NCBI GenBank assembly: GCA_046882065.1
Contig: JBKSMY010000006.1
Location: 5,800 to 69,799 of the forward strand
DNA from: Alphaproteobacteria bacterium
Lineage (GTDB): Bacteria > Pseudomonadota > Alphaproteobacteria > Rs-D84
Length of the DNA stretch: 64,000 nucleotides
Reading direction: 5' to 3'
Shown here: positions 37,845 through 47,454 of the stretch, in pieces
How the letters are laid out: every line of letters starts with the position of its first letter
How positions within the stretch are numbered: position 1 is the stretch's first letter
Position numbers and translations under genes: made by a program
Notes under the pieces: model-generated
What the model was told of the DNA's origin: nothing
Databases searched by the model: none
The model's input: the letters and a program-made list of their open reading frames with translations, nothing else

Positions 37845-38918
37845 TTATGCGCCCTGCTTTTTCGATGCGGCAGGGGTAAAGAATCCTGGAATCGAAAAGT
37901 CTTCGTCGTTGGCGGCGATACCGGCCCAGCCGAACAAATCGCCCACCAGACCACTGTCATCGCGTTTAGCCTTTTTAAATGGCAAGATGTTTTTCAATTT
38001 ACCAATTTTTCCCGCACCGGTTGCGCGTGGTGCAGCCGGAATTTTGTCCTGGGCGTCAGCAAATTCGGTTGCCAACTGGGCCAATGTTGCATCCGTGTCA
38101 TCGCCTTCAAAAATATCAGCGGGAACTTCTGCAACTGGGGCTGTCTGGACATCTTCGCGCAGGGGCGCCATGGTTTCCAATAATTCTTCCAGCGTTTTTT
38201 CCATCTGGGGTACCGGCGCATCGTCTGTAATCATATCGCCAATTGTTACGGTTTCAACCGCATCGTCCGCCGCGACCACAGGCGCAGATAATTCTGAATC
38301 AACATTGATATCAGAAATAATTGCGGTTTCGACAACATCGGCCACGGGTTCTGTGATAACTTCAACGACAGATTCCATAACCGGTTCTGCAACAACTTCT
38401 GCGACAGGTTCAACGACAACTTCTGCGACAGGTTCAACAACCGGTTCAATCACCGTTTCAACGACGGGTTCAACCGGCGTTTCCTGGGCAGATAAAATTG
38501 ATAAAATTGGAATAACTGGTTCAGACGCAGGGGATTCTGGCGTTTCTGGCGTTTCTGGTGTTTCTGGTGTTTCTGGCGCGACATCAACAATTGGTTCTGG
38601 GACAATTTCTGCGACGGGCGCATACTGTGTTTCAGCAACAGGTTCAATAACAGACCCAACGACAGGTTCAATCACGGGTTCAATCACAGGTTCAACGATG
38701 GGTTCTATTTCTGGTTTGTTTGCCGTTGCAACAACAGGTTCCGCAACTGGTGCGACATCATAAACGCCTGATAACGCATTGTCTGCATCCACCGGAACAC
38801 CAAATAATATCGTATCCTTGTCCAGACCAAGTGCAGCACGCACAGAATCAAAAGCCGCACGAATTTCAGACATTTCAAACACTTCATTACCGGAAATATA
38901 GATTATTTTGGTCTTCAT
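37845..38918 (-). CDS. acidic Val/Pro/Glu repeat protein (EPV/ETP repeats) with small folded N- and C-terminal segments
   Basis: Repeats PVIEPVIEPVVGSVIEPVAE, ETPETPETPETPE, VEPVVETVIEPVVEPVAEVVVEPVAEVVAEPV. RBS gggggat before MKTKIIYISG. The antisense 313-aa S/T/G-rich ORF is judged a shadow. Confidence 0.45.
   Translation of the reverse strand: MKTKIIYISGNEVFEMSEIRAAFDSVRAALGLDKDTILFGVPVDADNALSGVYDVAPVAEPVVATANKPEIEPIVEPVIEPVIEPVVGSVIEPVAETQYAPVAEIVPEPIVDVAPETPETPETPETPESPASEPVIPILSILSAQETPVEPVVETVIEPVVEPVAEVVVEPVAEVVAEPVMESVVEVITEPVADVVETAIISDINVDSELSAPVVAADDAVETVTIGDMITDDAPVPQMEKTLEELLETMAPLREDVQTAPVAEVPADIFEGDDTDATLAQLATEFADAQDKIPAAPRATGAGKIGKLKNILPFKKAKRDDSGLVGDLFGWAGIAANDEDFSIPGFFTPAASKKQGA
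38531..38578. repeat. 9-bp tandem DNA repeat (ggcgtttct/ggtgtttct x5) encoding ETP repeats
   Basis: Seen directly in sequence. Confidence 0.8.
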
Positions 38919-39000
38919 AAATTCATCCCCCACAATATATGGTCGTATTATATCACATTTTAGGGTTGAACGCATATAAAAAATGTCTTAAACTGAAAAT

Positions 39001-39213
39001 ATGGCAGATATAAAACAGCAAATTTTTCAAGAACTGAGTCATCTGGAAGAAGCCGCCGCAAAACTGCGCGGAACAGCAATTCACGCAGGCAAGCAGACTG
39101 ATTTAGAGGTGGCAATATTAACAGAACAAGTGCGCGGTCTGCGTGAAAAGAATGCACGCGCGGTTGATATGATTGATAAATCTGTATCTATACTAAGGAA
39201 ATTGAAAAAATGA
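39001..39213 (+). CDS. small coiled-coil protein upstream of zapA (ZapB/DUF4164-like?)
   Basis: 70 aa, all-helical heptad pattern, with its stop overlapping the zapA start. Confidence 0.3.
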   Translation: MADIKQQIFQELSHLEEAAAKLRGTAIHAGKQTDLEVAILTEQVRGLREKNARAVDMIDKSVSILRKLKK

Positions 39214-39488
39214 GTGTTGTTTCTATTCCAATTGTAAACAAAAATTACCCGATGGGGTGCGAAGACGGGCAAGAAGCGCGTCTGATTGAACTGGGGAAAA
39301 TGGTTGATGCGCGCGCACGTCAGATTCTGGACAAGATTGGCCCCCTGCCCGAGAGTTCTTTGTTGGCGACGTTGTGTATTGTTTTGGCGGACGAAGTGCA
39401 CAACAAACCAGAACCCGCCGCGACCGAGGCCGATCTGAAAGAAATCTTGGCCCGAATACGCGAAATTAAGCACAAGATTGCACAATAA
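39210..39488 (+). CDS. zapA: cell-division protein ZapA
   Basis: VSIPIVNKNYPMGCEDGQEARLIELGKMVDARARQI matches the ZapA N-terminal pattern (V.I.G..Y.L.C..GEE..L...A..VD). The size is 92 aa. Confidence 0.55.
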   Translation: MSVVSIPIVNKNYPMGCEDGQEARLIELGKMVDARARQILDKIGPLPESSLLATLCIVLADEVHNKPEPAATEADLKEILARIREIKHKIAQ

Positions 39489-39517
39489 ATCCCCCGCCAA
39501 ATGGCGGGATTTTTATT
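39489..39517 (+). terminator. rho-independent terminator after zapA (cccccgccaaatggcggg + T-run)
   Basis: Hairpin plus T tract. A second hairpin at 39553-39578 serves the convergent gene. Confidence 0.6.
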
Positions 39518-39574
39518 TAGATATTATTAAACAAGTTTAATGAATATAATAAAAATCCCCCAAACGGGGGATTT

Positions 39575-41644
39575 TTATTGTTTGTCTGAGTCTTTAAATA
39601 TATTCTCGACCCATTTCTTCATGTCGTCTGGACTTGGATCTTTAGTAGAATCGCCGTTTACAGACATACATGTGCGAACCTGGGAACGACATGCATTGAT
39701 AGCAATATTTTGCTTTGCGGTGTTTGTATCATCATAATTGTTTGATGCCAAGCATGATGAAACATCTGTTATGCAATTTTCTGCATAGTCAGAAATCACC
39801 TTGTCCTGGGCAACCTTAATCTTGGTCAATGTGCGCTGCAGGTATTCCTTGACAACATTGTTGTCTGGTTTGTATTCACGATTAGACGCGTTCGTACCTT
39901 TATATGTATAATCCTGGCACTTGTTCAATACCGACATACACATACCAAAGTTTTTGCCACCTTCGTTATATCCGATTTTGTACAACAAATAGTTTGACAT
40001 TATGTCAGACGGTTCTTTCTGGGCAGTGGCAACGACTGTGCTATTTATATAATCAGTTAGTGTGCCGTCATTCTGTGTAGCACCCCACGCGTATTTTTCT
40101 TCGGAACCATAATACCATGTGCCATACAGTGTATTACTGGCATAATCTGCACTTGGCGCTGGAACCTGCGTGTCACTAACCACATAGCCCGGGGTTGAAC
40201 CAACAACGATTTCGCCGTCAACAATGTATTTGCCCGTTGGGTCCAGACAGTATTCATAATCTGTACCGCATACATAGTCGTCCTGCATACAGGAATCCAA
40301 TGCATTCACACAACCGCGTAAATCATATGAATTCTTTTCCTGGGCAACCATAAGGCGTGCGCGTTGCAGAACACTTTTCGCATTACGAACTGTTTGAGTC
40401 ATTTCCGTATTCGTATCGGTCAAACTGCGTTCATACGCGATACATTGTTTATCAATTTCCAAATCATAAGAATTTGTGATAACAGAAATATCAACACCCT
40501 GGGCCGCGCAACTGTTCAAGACAGATGCCTTGCAACGGGATGCCGCCGTTTTGTACAATGTTTCACCGCGCTGGTTGCTGATGGATGACGTGTCCGCAGT
40601 TGATGCACCAAACAAGGATGCCAAATCAAAGCCTGTGCTGCTGATACTGAAATCCAACAAGCCAGACAGGTCAAAATTCATGCCAGAATCGGTTGCCGTA
40701 GATGCACTGCCAGATTTCACATCAACAATCAGATTTTTGATTCGATCCAGGTCATTTTTCAGACTGGTATTATCTTGGGTTGACTGCATTTTGATTTCAG
40801 CCTCGGTCTGGGTGAACAATGTTTCAATTTCATCCGCAGACAGACCAATATATTGAATCTGCTGAGCCACATCTTGTAATGCCTCGGTTGCAGCCTTTAA
40901 CGCTTCTTCTGTCTTGGCATAGTTTTTGATATTTTTCGAGCAAGAGCAACGTCCCTGGTTATCGTCCAGAACGTTACAGAAATTATCCATACATGATGTG
41001 TACTGGGCCTTGCAAAAATCGGTGATTTGCGCCAATTCATCCATAGACTGGGTTGTTTCCGCAACAGTTTCCGTCGCAGTTGTTGAAGAACCAGACAAAG
41101 CCGTAATTGTTGGAATGCGTGCACGAACCGCACTTGCACGAGAGCCGACACGACCGGTATATAACGGTGTGTTCACGGTATCTGTTTGAACAATTGATGC
41201 GCGTGCCGCAACCGCCGGCTGGGCCGACTGCATTGCGCGACGTGTTGTCGCAATCTGTTGTGTTCCGTTTGTTGCGCTGCGCGCTGCACGCGTCGACACA
41301 CGCGTTGCAGCATTACGCGACGCCGCGTTCGTTGTAGTACGCGAAGTAACGGCATTTGACGTAGTGCGTGAAGACGCAACAGCACGATTACCCGAGGTAC
41401 GCGAAGCAACATCCGAAGTTGTCGGAACCGTACGCGATGCATTTCGATTCGTTGTGCGAGGATTTACCGCAGATGGCGCCATTACCGGTACAACAGGTGC
41501 CGCAACCGACGCTTCTTCGACCACTTCTTCGGCCGGCGTTTCTTCGTCAGCGTATTCAACCACTTCGTCATAGTAGATGGGCGCAACCTCAGCAAATGCG
41601 GGCAACACCAGCAGACCACTAAGCACGGCAATAAATCTTTTCAT
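39575..41644 (-). CDS. large secreted Cys-rich protein with Ser/Thr/Arg/Ala-rich low-complexity N-region
   Basis: The signal peptide is MKRFIAVLSGLLVLPAFA. A ~130-aa TTNRNASRTV..SRTTSNAVTSRTTTNAASR region follows. The C-terminal ~480 aa carries many Cys. Confidence 0.45.
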   Translation of the reverse strand: MKRFIAVLSGLLVLPAFAEVAPIYYDEVVEYADEETPAEEVVEEASVAAPVVPVMAPSAVNPRTTNRNASRTVPTTSDVASRTSGNRAVASSRTTSNAVTSRTTTNAASRNAATRVSTRAARSATNGTQQIATTRRAMQSAQPAVAARASIVQTDTVNTPLYTGRVGSRASAVRARIPTITALSGSSTTATETVAETTQSMDELAQITDFCKAQYTSCMDNFCNVLDDNQGRCSCSKNIKNYAKTEEALKAATEALQDVAQQIQYIGLSADEIETLFTQTEAEIKMQSTQDNTSLKNDLDRIKNLIVDVKSGSASTATDSGMNFDLSGLLDFSISSTGFDLASLFGASTADTSSISNQRGETLYKTAASRCKASVLNSCAAQGVDISVITNSYDLEIDKQCIAYERSLTDTNTEMTQTVRNAKSVLQRARLMVAQEKNSYDLRGCVNALDSCMQDDYVCGTDYEYCLDPTGKYIVDGEIVVGSTPGYVVSDTQVPAPSADYASNTLYGTWYYGSEEKYAWGATQNDGTLTDYINSTVVATAQKEPSDIMSNYLLYKIGYNEGGKNFGMCMSVLNKCQDYTYKGTNASNREYKPDNNVVKEYLQRTLTKIKVAQDKVISDYAENCITDVSSCLASNNYDDTNTAKQNIAINACRSQVRTCMSVNGDSTKDPSPDDMKKWVENIFKDSDKQ

Positions 41645-41730
41645 GATAAATCCTTCCCTTCTATTATGTTTGATTTTATCATACCGGGCTTTTTTTTACA
41701 AATGAAAAAATCGAAAAACACGCGTTTTTT

Positions 41731-42753
41731 TTATTTTATTCCCGACACATGCTTTTGCCAATTCCACGCAGACGCCAACGTTTCTGTCAATGGCACAGTC
41801 GCACGCCACCCAAGGACGCGTTCCGCCAAATCTACATTCGCCCATATCGCAGGAACATCGCCCGGTCTGCGCGCAGCAATCTTGTGCGGAACACAAACAC
41901 CAGTCGCAGCACAAAACGCATTCAACAATTCCATAACAGACGCACCACACCCCGTGCCTATGTTATACACCCTGACCCCGTCCGCACCAGACAGCATATG
42001 ACGCAATGCCGCAACGTGAGCGCGCGCCAAATCGTTGACATCAATATAGTCGCGCACACAAAAACCATCTGGGGTGTCATAGTCATCGCCAAAAACACTT
42101 AAACATTCACGGACACCCGCCGCAGTCTGTGTAATATACGGCATCAAATTATTTGGAACACCGTTTGGCAACTCGCCAATTTCGGCCGAAGAATGTGCAC
42201 CAATCGGATTAAAATAGCGCAATATCGTTGCATGCATCTGTGGAAACGCGCGAACTGTATCGCGAATAATATTTTCGCCCATAACCTTGGTCTGGCCGTA
42301 TGGCGATGTAGCGGGCTGTAATGGAGTTTCTTCGGTCACAGGCAACACATCCGGCACACCGTATACCGTCGCCGATGACGAGAACACTATGTTCGGCACA
42401 GCAAATTCACGCATCAAATCCAAAACATTTATCAGACCACCCAAATTATTACGATAATACAACAAAGGCTTTTCAACAGATTCACCAACAGCCTTTAACG
42501 CGGCGAAATGAATCACCCCCACCGCATCACTGTGCGCGGCAAACGCAGACCGCAGGGCCGACACATCTGTACAATCAACCTTGATAAATTCTGGACGAAC
42601 GCCCGTTATTCGCGCAACACCGTCCAATGAATCAGTACTGGAATTTGACAGATTATCAAAAACAACTACATCAAAGCCGGCCTCGATTAACGCAACACAT
42701 GTGTGCGAACCAATATAACCTGCACCGCCTGTGATAATAATTTTTTGCGACAT
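41731..42753 (-). CDS. galE: UDP-glucose 4-epimerase
   Basis: MSQKIIITGGAGYIGSH Rossmann motif, YxxxK region, ~340 aa. RBS aaggag. Confidence 0.75.
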   Translation of the reverse strand: MSQKIIITGGAGYIGSHTCVALIEAGFDVVVFDNLSNSSTDSLDGVARITGVRPEFIKVDCTDVSALRSAFAAHSDAVGVIHFAALKAVGESVEKPLLYYRNNLGGLINVLDLMREFAVPNIVFSSSATVYGVPDVLPVTEETPLQPATSPYGQTKVMGENIIRDTVRAFPQMHATILRYFNPIGAHSSAEIGELPNGVPNNLMPYITQTAAGVRECLSVFGDDYDTPDGFCVRDYIDVNDLARAHVAALRHMLSGADGVRVYNIGTGCGASVMELLNAFCAATGVCVPHKIAARRPGDVPAIWANVDLAERVLGWRATVPLTETLASAWNWQKHVSGIK

Positions 42754-42925
42754 ACACAAAACTCCTTTGGACAAATTATACAGCAACTAAAAAACAAGGC
42801 AACGGTATTTTTTCCTAATTCATTAAAAATTATAATGAATTTATCTTGCGAGTGTGTTATGCTTGCTTTATAATCTTCAGAAAATCAAGGGAGCGTTTGG
42901 ATTGTCGATACTGAAAAAAGTTTCA

Positions 42926-44491
42926 ATGTGGATTTTGGCATTACCATTGATGGGATGCACAACCGTACCGACAACAACAAATGACACCCGACTGGACGGA
43001 TACATCTCAAAGGTCAGCGCAACAGACTTTGACTATAACCCATACGACACACCGATTGCACAATGCTATGCAGACGAATTGGCGGTGCGCGAAGATGCGT
43101 CGGGTGCGACACTTATCGAAGACGGGCTGTCCGCGTTCGTGATACGTTCGGCATTTGCACGAATGGCAACAAAAACAATCGATTTGCAGACATATATTTA
43201 TAGTAATGATTTCACATCCAAAATTCTGATTGCCGAACTGAAAAGTGCCGCCGACCGCGGGGTCAAAGTACGAATTTTACTGGATGACTATGGTACTAAA
43301 TCAGACATCGTGGATGTGATGCTGTTGAATCAGCACCCGAACATCGAAGTCAAAGTTTTTAACACCGTCGGAAATCGTTCCAGACTTTTGTACTATCCAC
43401 AATTTCTGACAGACTTTAATCGACTGAATTCGCGCATGCACAACAAACTGTTCATCGTGGACAATATTGCATATATCACAGGCGGGCGAAATGTGGGCAG
43501 TAATTATTTCTATCCAGAAACCGCATCAAACTTTTCAGACACAGACGTTTTGTTCATTGGCGATATGACACACTTTGCAACAAACAGTTTTAACGAATAC
43601 TGGAATCACCACCTGTCTATACCGGCGTCTGTATTCCCCAAGGCAAAATCTAAAAAAGCACTAAAAAAACTGGAAAAATCATTTGTCGAAATCGAACAGC
43701 GCGCATCCGAAGACGTTCGCAAATATAATACTATCATCAATATGGCAATTCGCGAATACAAACAAAAGCGATTTGATTTCAGTTGGGGACGTGGAAAATT
43801 CTTGGCCGACCCACCCGAAAAGGTGGAAATGAGCATGGCTGAAAAAGAAGCATACCGTGGCGATATTATACGCGCATTGCAACACCTGTGGAACCAAACA
43901 TCAGATTCCGTGTATCTGTCGGCGGCATACTTTGTGCCAGGACAAGGCGGACTGGAACATATGCTGGGCGAAGAAAAAGCCGGCGTGCATATGACAATCG
44001 TAACTAATTCGCTGGCATCAACCAACGCGCCAACCGTTTATGCCAAATGGGAAAAATATAGAAAACAACTGATTGAATCTGGCGCAGATGTATACGAATT
44101 TATGGCGTCGGCAGAAAATCTGCGCGGCAAAGAACACGACCGCGAACGCAAACAATCCAGTTTTTCCGTTCTGCACAGCAAGACAATGGTGTTTGATGAC
44201 AACATTTCTTGGATAGGCAGTTTTAATCTGGACCCACGCAGCGCGTATTACAATACCGAAAATGTTGCAATTTTTGAAAGTCGCGACTTTGCCGACAAAC
44301 TGCGTAAAATGATAATCCAAGACACTCAGACTTCGTGGCAGGTATCTTTGGACGATAACGGCAAGCCCGTTTGGACAGGCAGTCGCCCAGGCGACACCAC
44401 ACCACGGGTACACAAACACGCCCCAGATACAGGATTACTGCGCAGAATTTGGAAAAATATATGTAATCTGGTCCCTGAAAAATTCGTATAA
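42926..44491 (+). CDS. phospholipase D-family (two HKD motifs) lipoprotein; cardiolipin-synthase/PLD-like
   Basis: HKD motif 1 is HNKLFIVDNIAYITGGRNVGSNY. HKD motif 2 is LHSKTMVFDDNISWIGSFNLDPRS. The lipobox is LPLMGCTT. Confidence 0.65.
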   Translation: MWILALPLMGCTTVPTTTNDTRLDGYISKVSATDFDYNPYDTPIAQCYADELAVREDASGATLIEDGLSAFVIRSAFARMATKTIDLQTYIYSNDFTSKILIAELKSAADRGVKVRILLDDYGTKSDIVDVMLLNQHPNIEVKVFNTVGNRSRLLYYPQFLTDFNRLNSRMHNKLFIVDNIAYITGGRNVGSNYFYPETASNFSDTDVLFIGDMTHFATNSFNEYWNHHLSIPASVFPKAKSKKALKKLEKSFVEIEQRASEDVRKYNTIINMAIREYKQKRFDFSWGRGKFLADPPEKVEMSMAEKEAYRGDIIRALQHLWNQTSDSVYLSAAYFVPGQGGLEHMLGEEKAGVHMTIVTNSLASTNAPTVYAKWEKYRKQLIESGADVYEFMASAENLRGKEHDRERKQSSFSVLHSKTMVFDDNISWIGSFNLDPRSAYYNTENVAIFESRDFADKLRKMIIQDTQTSWQVSLDDNGKPVWTGSRPGDTTPRVHKHAPDTGLLRRIWKNICNLVPEKFV

Positions 44492-44531
44492 ACAAATTGA
44501 CAACAAATTATTTTGTGCCATACTGTCAAGT

Positions 44532-45701
44532 ATGACAGATGATGGTGATGCAATTTTAGTACCACAAGACGAACACACGGACAAACGCGGTTTTATTCAA
44601 CGTTTCCGCGAGGAGTTTATACACCCTTTTCAAAAATCTCGCTTCTTGAATCAATGGACAAACGCACCAATCGAAATACGGTTTCGCCTGACGAATAAAT
44701 GTAATGAAAATTGTGCACGATGCTTTGAGTGTTCGGGACCAAACAACCCATTAAACACAATACCGGTTGACGACGTGGTATGCTATGCCAATGCGCCAGA
44801 TGTTAAATTTACAGACATTTTTATGACGGGCGGTGAATGGTCGCTGATATATGACGTACAACCACATTATTTGCGCAGCATTTTTGATAAATTGGATTTA
44901 TCTAAATCAGACGAATATATAATTCAAACTAATGCACGATGGATTCACGAAACGCATCGCGATGAGATACTGGGCGATATAAAACACATACAATCGAAAC
45001 TGGGACAAAAAAATCGCATATTAAAACTGGACATGAGCATAGATAGATATCGCAGCGCAAAAAGTATTGATGGCGTTCGCGATACAATTTGCGCCGTGGC
45101 AGGTGATTCCGATTTCAAACACACCAAGATTCGCATTATGTCATGCGCATTGGATGCACAGATGACAAACGAACGTGTTTTAATTCCAGAATATTTTGAT
45201 GCGCGCGGAATAAAACTGAAATTCGAGCCACGTTCATGGTTCAACATGTATTTTCAAGTTTGCCACGCAAACGATACACGCATTGTAATTCACGAAGAAG
45301 ACCCAACAATGCGAATTGGACGCGCAAAACAAAATGGATTCGGTTATAAAATCTATGACCCACAATTACAATGTGGCGGTCTGCAAAGCAACAATACAAG
45401 AATGGAACTGTCGTTGCGCGAAGACGGAATGATTAAATGGCACAACTGGTACGACTGGGACATTATGGTGCCATACAAAGACGCAAACAAACAAAATAAA
45501 CCAATTCAACAAATTCATGATGAACTGGTTCAGATGGCATGGCGCAAATTGTTGCGACACAATATCAAAAATACTGCGCTGAATTTGATTCCGATTTATG
45601 GCCCAATTCGAAAACTGTATATTTACAGACAAATCAAAAAATCATACGAAGATAACCAAAAACAGTTCCAATTCCACGCACAACCTGTCAAACAATTCTA
45701 A
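44532..45701 (+). CDS. radical-SAM enzyme, unknown subfamily
   Basis: CNENCARC is CxxxCxxC, and the downstream FMTGGE glycine-rich segment is the SAM-binding motif. Confidence 0.55.
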   Translation: MTDDGDAILVPQDEHTDKRGFIQRFREEFIHPFQKSRFLNQWTNAPIEIRFRLTNKCNENCARCFECSGPNNPLNTIPVDDVVCYANAPDVKFTDIFMTGGEWSLIYDVQPHYLRSIFDKLDLSKSDEYIIQTNARWIHETHRDEILGDIKHIQSKLGQKNRILKLDMSIDRYRSAKSIDGVRDTICAVAGDSDFKHTKIRIMSCALDAQMTNERVLIPEYFDARGIKLKFEPRSWFNMYFQVCHANDTRIVIHEEDPTMRIGRAKQNGFGYKIYDPQLQCGGLQSNNTRMELSLREDGMIKWHNWYDWDIMVPYKDANKQNKPIQQIHDELVQMAWRKLLRHNIKNTALNLIPIYGPIRKLYIYRQIKKSYEDNQKQFQFHAQPVKQF

Positions 45702-46027
45702 TGATGTGAAGCGACGTGCAATAATAAACTGATAATAAACAACACCGTTATAACACCAACAACAATTTTCTGGGTGCGATGCGATTTATCCCCACCACAA
45801 TGCGCGCACGCACATCGACAATCGCGCAAGACTAAATACCACGACAGCACCAACATAGCGCCGGAAAACACAAACAACCATGGTTCTAGCCAATGTGGTA
45901 AAATATGAAAATGCGCCGCGTCCGGTGCAATCAACCCAACAACCGCCAACAACATCGGCAGTCCACAACAAAAAACGTGTGGTAATATAGTCGCAACAAT
46001 TCCAATTTTAACCGCTTTGTCTTTCAT
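45698..46027 (-). CDS. small membrane protein with paired-Cys motifs (FCCGLP; CRCACAHCGG), metal-handling candidate
   Basis: Three TM segments; Cys motifs sit in TM1 and the C-terminal tail. Start at internal MKDKAVK. Confidence 0.3.
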   Translation of the reverse strand: MKDKAVKIGIVATILPHVFCCGLPMLLAVVGLIAPDAAHFHILPHWLEPWLFVFSGAMLVLSWYLVLRDCRCACAHCGGDKSHRTQKIVVGVITVLFIISLLLHVASHH

Positions 46028-46091
46028 GTGTATTCCCATTTGATATTGCCGTATTATATATTTTTTTGAACACATATCAACCAATAAAACG

Positions 46092-46120
46092 TTGACAATT
46101 TTCCCATCCGTGCTATAAAC
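46092..46120 (+). promoter_or_regulatory. sigma70-like promoter TTGACA-N17-ATAAAC ending 1-5 nt before the ATG (leaderless transcript candidate)
   Basis: Consensus -35 and a reasonable -10 lie directly upstream of ATG 46122/46126 with no space for an RBS. Confidence 0.3.
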
Positions 46121-46125
46121 CATGC

Positions 46126-47079
46126 ATGACAAAAATATCAAGTGCAGATGTATTTTCTTCGTACGCGTTTCAGGACGGCGACTCGGTTTATTTATTCACA
46201 AACGAAAACATACACGGCACATTAAAAACCGCAGGCGATTTATCAGGCAAGAAAATTCTGACGGTTGGCGCATCGGGCGATCAAGTGTTTGAATCATACC
46301 TGATGGGCGCAGGCGACGTTCATACATTCGACATAAATTCAAATCAAAAAAATGTTATCGAATTAAAAAATCACATGATACGCGGCTTGTCATATGAAAA
46401 TTTTATGGACTTCTTTTTTAGCGCAGGTAATTTCTTTAATCAAAATATACTGGCACCGATAAGCCCCTTTTTTTCGGACGACCTGCGAAATTTTCTGAAA
46501 CAATGTTCACGCAAAGACGCATGTAAAAACTTTAAATATCGCGCAGCCTATACCCGCGAATACGATATAAATAAATTGCAATACATTTCAAATGAAAACA
46601 ACTTTAATGCCGTTCGCGACAAACTGCCGGAACAAATACCGTTCAAGCATTGCGACATTTCAACAGCATACAAAGCAATGCAATATTGCGTACAACATTA
46701 CGGTTCAAATTATTTGAACCAAAAAACAGATTTTACAAACGTTCCGCCACTTTATGCGAATTTCACAGAAAAATATGATTTGATATTACTGTCTAATATT
46801 TTTAACTATTTATATCTTGATTCGATTTACACAGAAGAAAAATTCTTAAAAATGCACCGCAATGTTTTGGCGCCACTGATTGCAAACAACACAACAGAAA
46901 ACGGACGCGTATATTTTCATTATATCTGGGACGGACACACAGGCGCATGGATGAATTTTCTGGATTACTTTCAGAAAAAAAATTCAATACCAACAGAAAT
47001 TGTCGCACGAACAGTCGAAGCCGCATACAAGGATTCTTTGTATGATGTAGTTTTGTATGCCGCGCGCCGACAGAAGTAA
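46126..47079 (+). CDS. SAM-dependent methyltransferase-like / DUF3419(BtaA)-like protein, tentative
   Basis: KKILTVGASGDQ is a glycine-rich SAM-binding-like motif I. The rest is not assignable by eye. Confidence 0.3.
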   Translation: MTKISSADVFSSYAFQDGDSVYLFTNENIHGTLKTAGDLSGKKILTVGASGDQVFESYLMGAGDVHTFDINSNQKNVIELKNHMIRGLSYENFMDFFFSAGNFFNQNILAPISPFFSDDLRNFLKQCSRKDACKNFKYRAAYTREYDINKLQYISNENNFNAVRDKLPEQIPFKHCDISTAYKAMQYCVQHYGSNYLNQKTDFTNVPPLYANFTEKYDLILLSNIFNYLYLDSIYTEEKFLKMHRNVLAPLIANNTTENGRVYFHYIWDGHTGAWMNFLDYFQKKNSIPTEIVARTVEAAYKDSLYDVVLYAARRQK

Positions 47080-47257
47080 AAAAAATTGGATAGACTGGCG
47101 TGCCGGCCGGGTTGTAAATTCCCATTTGTGGCGCGTCGCCACAATGGGCCCCTTTCACTACGTAGGACTCGAACTTCGTTAAAAACTCGTTCTCGTCAAC
47201 TGGCGTTCCGAACCTGACGCAACTGCGTTGCTGAGACGGTTCTCGCCCTGCGTGGAC

Positions 47258-47333
47258 TGGCGTCCCCAGCAGGGCTCGAACCTGCATCTAATTCTTAGGA
47301 GGAATTTGTTCTATCCTGTTGAACTATGGGGAC
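47258..47333 (-). tRNA. tRNA-Arg (anticodon CCT), encoded CCA
   Basis: Manual fold on the minus strand: acceptor GTCCCCA/TGGGGAC, D arm GTTC-AACAGGATA-GAAC, anticodon stem AATTC/GAATT with loop CTCCTAA, T arm GCAGG-TTCGAGC-CCTGC, discriminator G, then CCA. Confidence 0.8.
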
Positions 47334-47370
47334 AATGAATGTTGCTATTTTATTCACAACAAAATAATAT

Positions 47371-47399
47371 TGCAAGCATGCTTTTGCAAATGTATAATG
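47371..47399 (+). promoter_or_regulatory. promoter TTGCAA-N17-TATAAT upstream of ihfA
   Basis: Perfect -10 with a 17-nt spacer, ~55 nt before the ATG. Confidence 0.4.
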
Positions 47400-47454
47400 C
47401 GTTGATGATTATTTCAATACTAATACAGATAAAAAACAAGGCAGAGGTAGAAAA

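Noticed and set aside
37822-38763. 313-aa plus-strand S/T/G-rich ORF antisense to the acidic repeat protein
   Set aside because: It has no start context and overlaps the upstream gene. The minus-strand frame has a strong RBS and folded termini, so this ORF is judged a repeat-generated shadow. The call is not absolute.
47096-47257. Possible two-piece tmRNA or second tRNA gene next to tRNA-Arg
   Set aside because: There is no intact T-arm and acceptor pairing, no tag-peptide reading frame, and only fragmentary tRNA-like pieces. The region is kept as degenerate tRNA-end repeats only.
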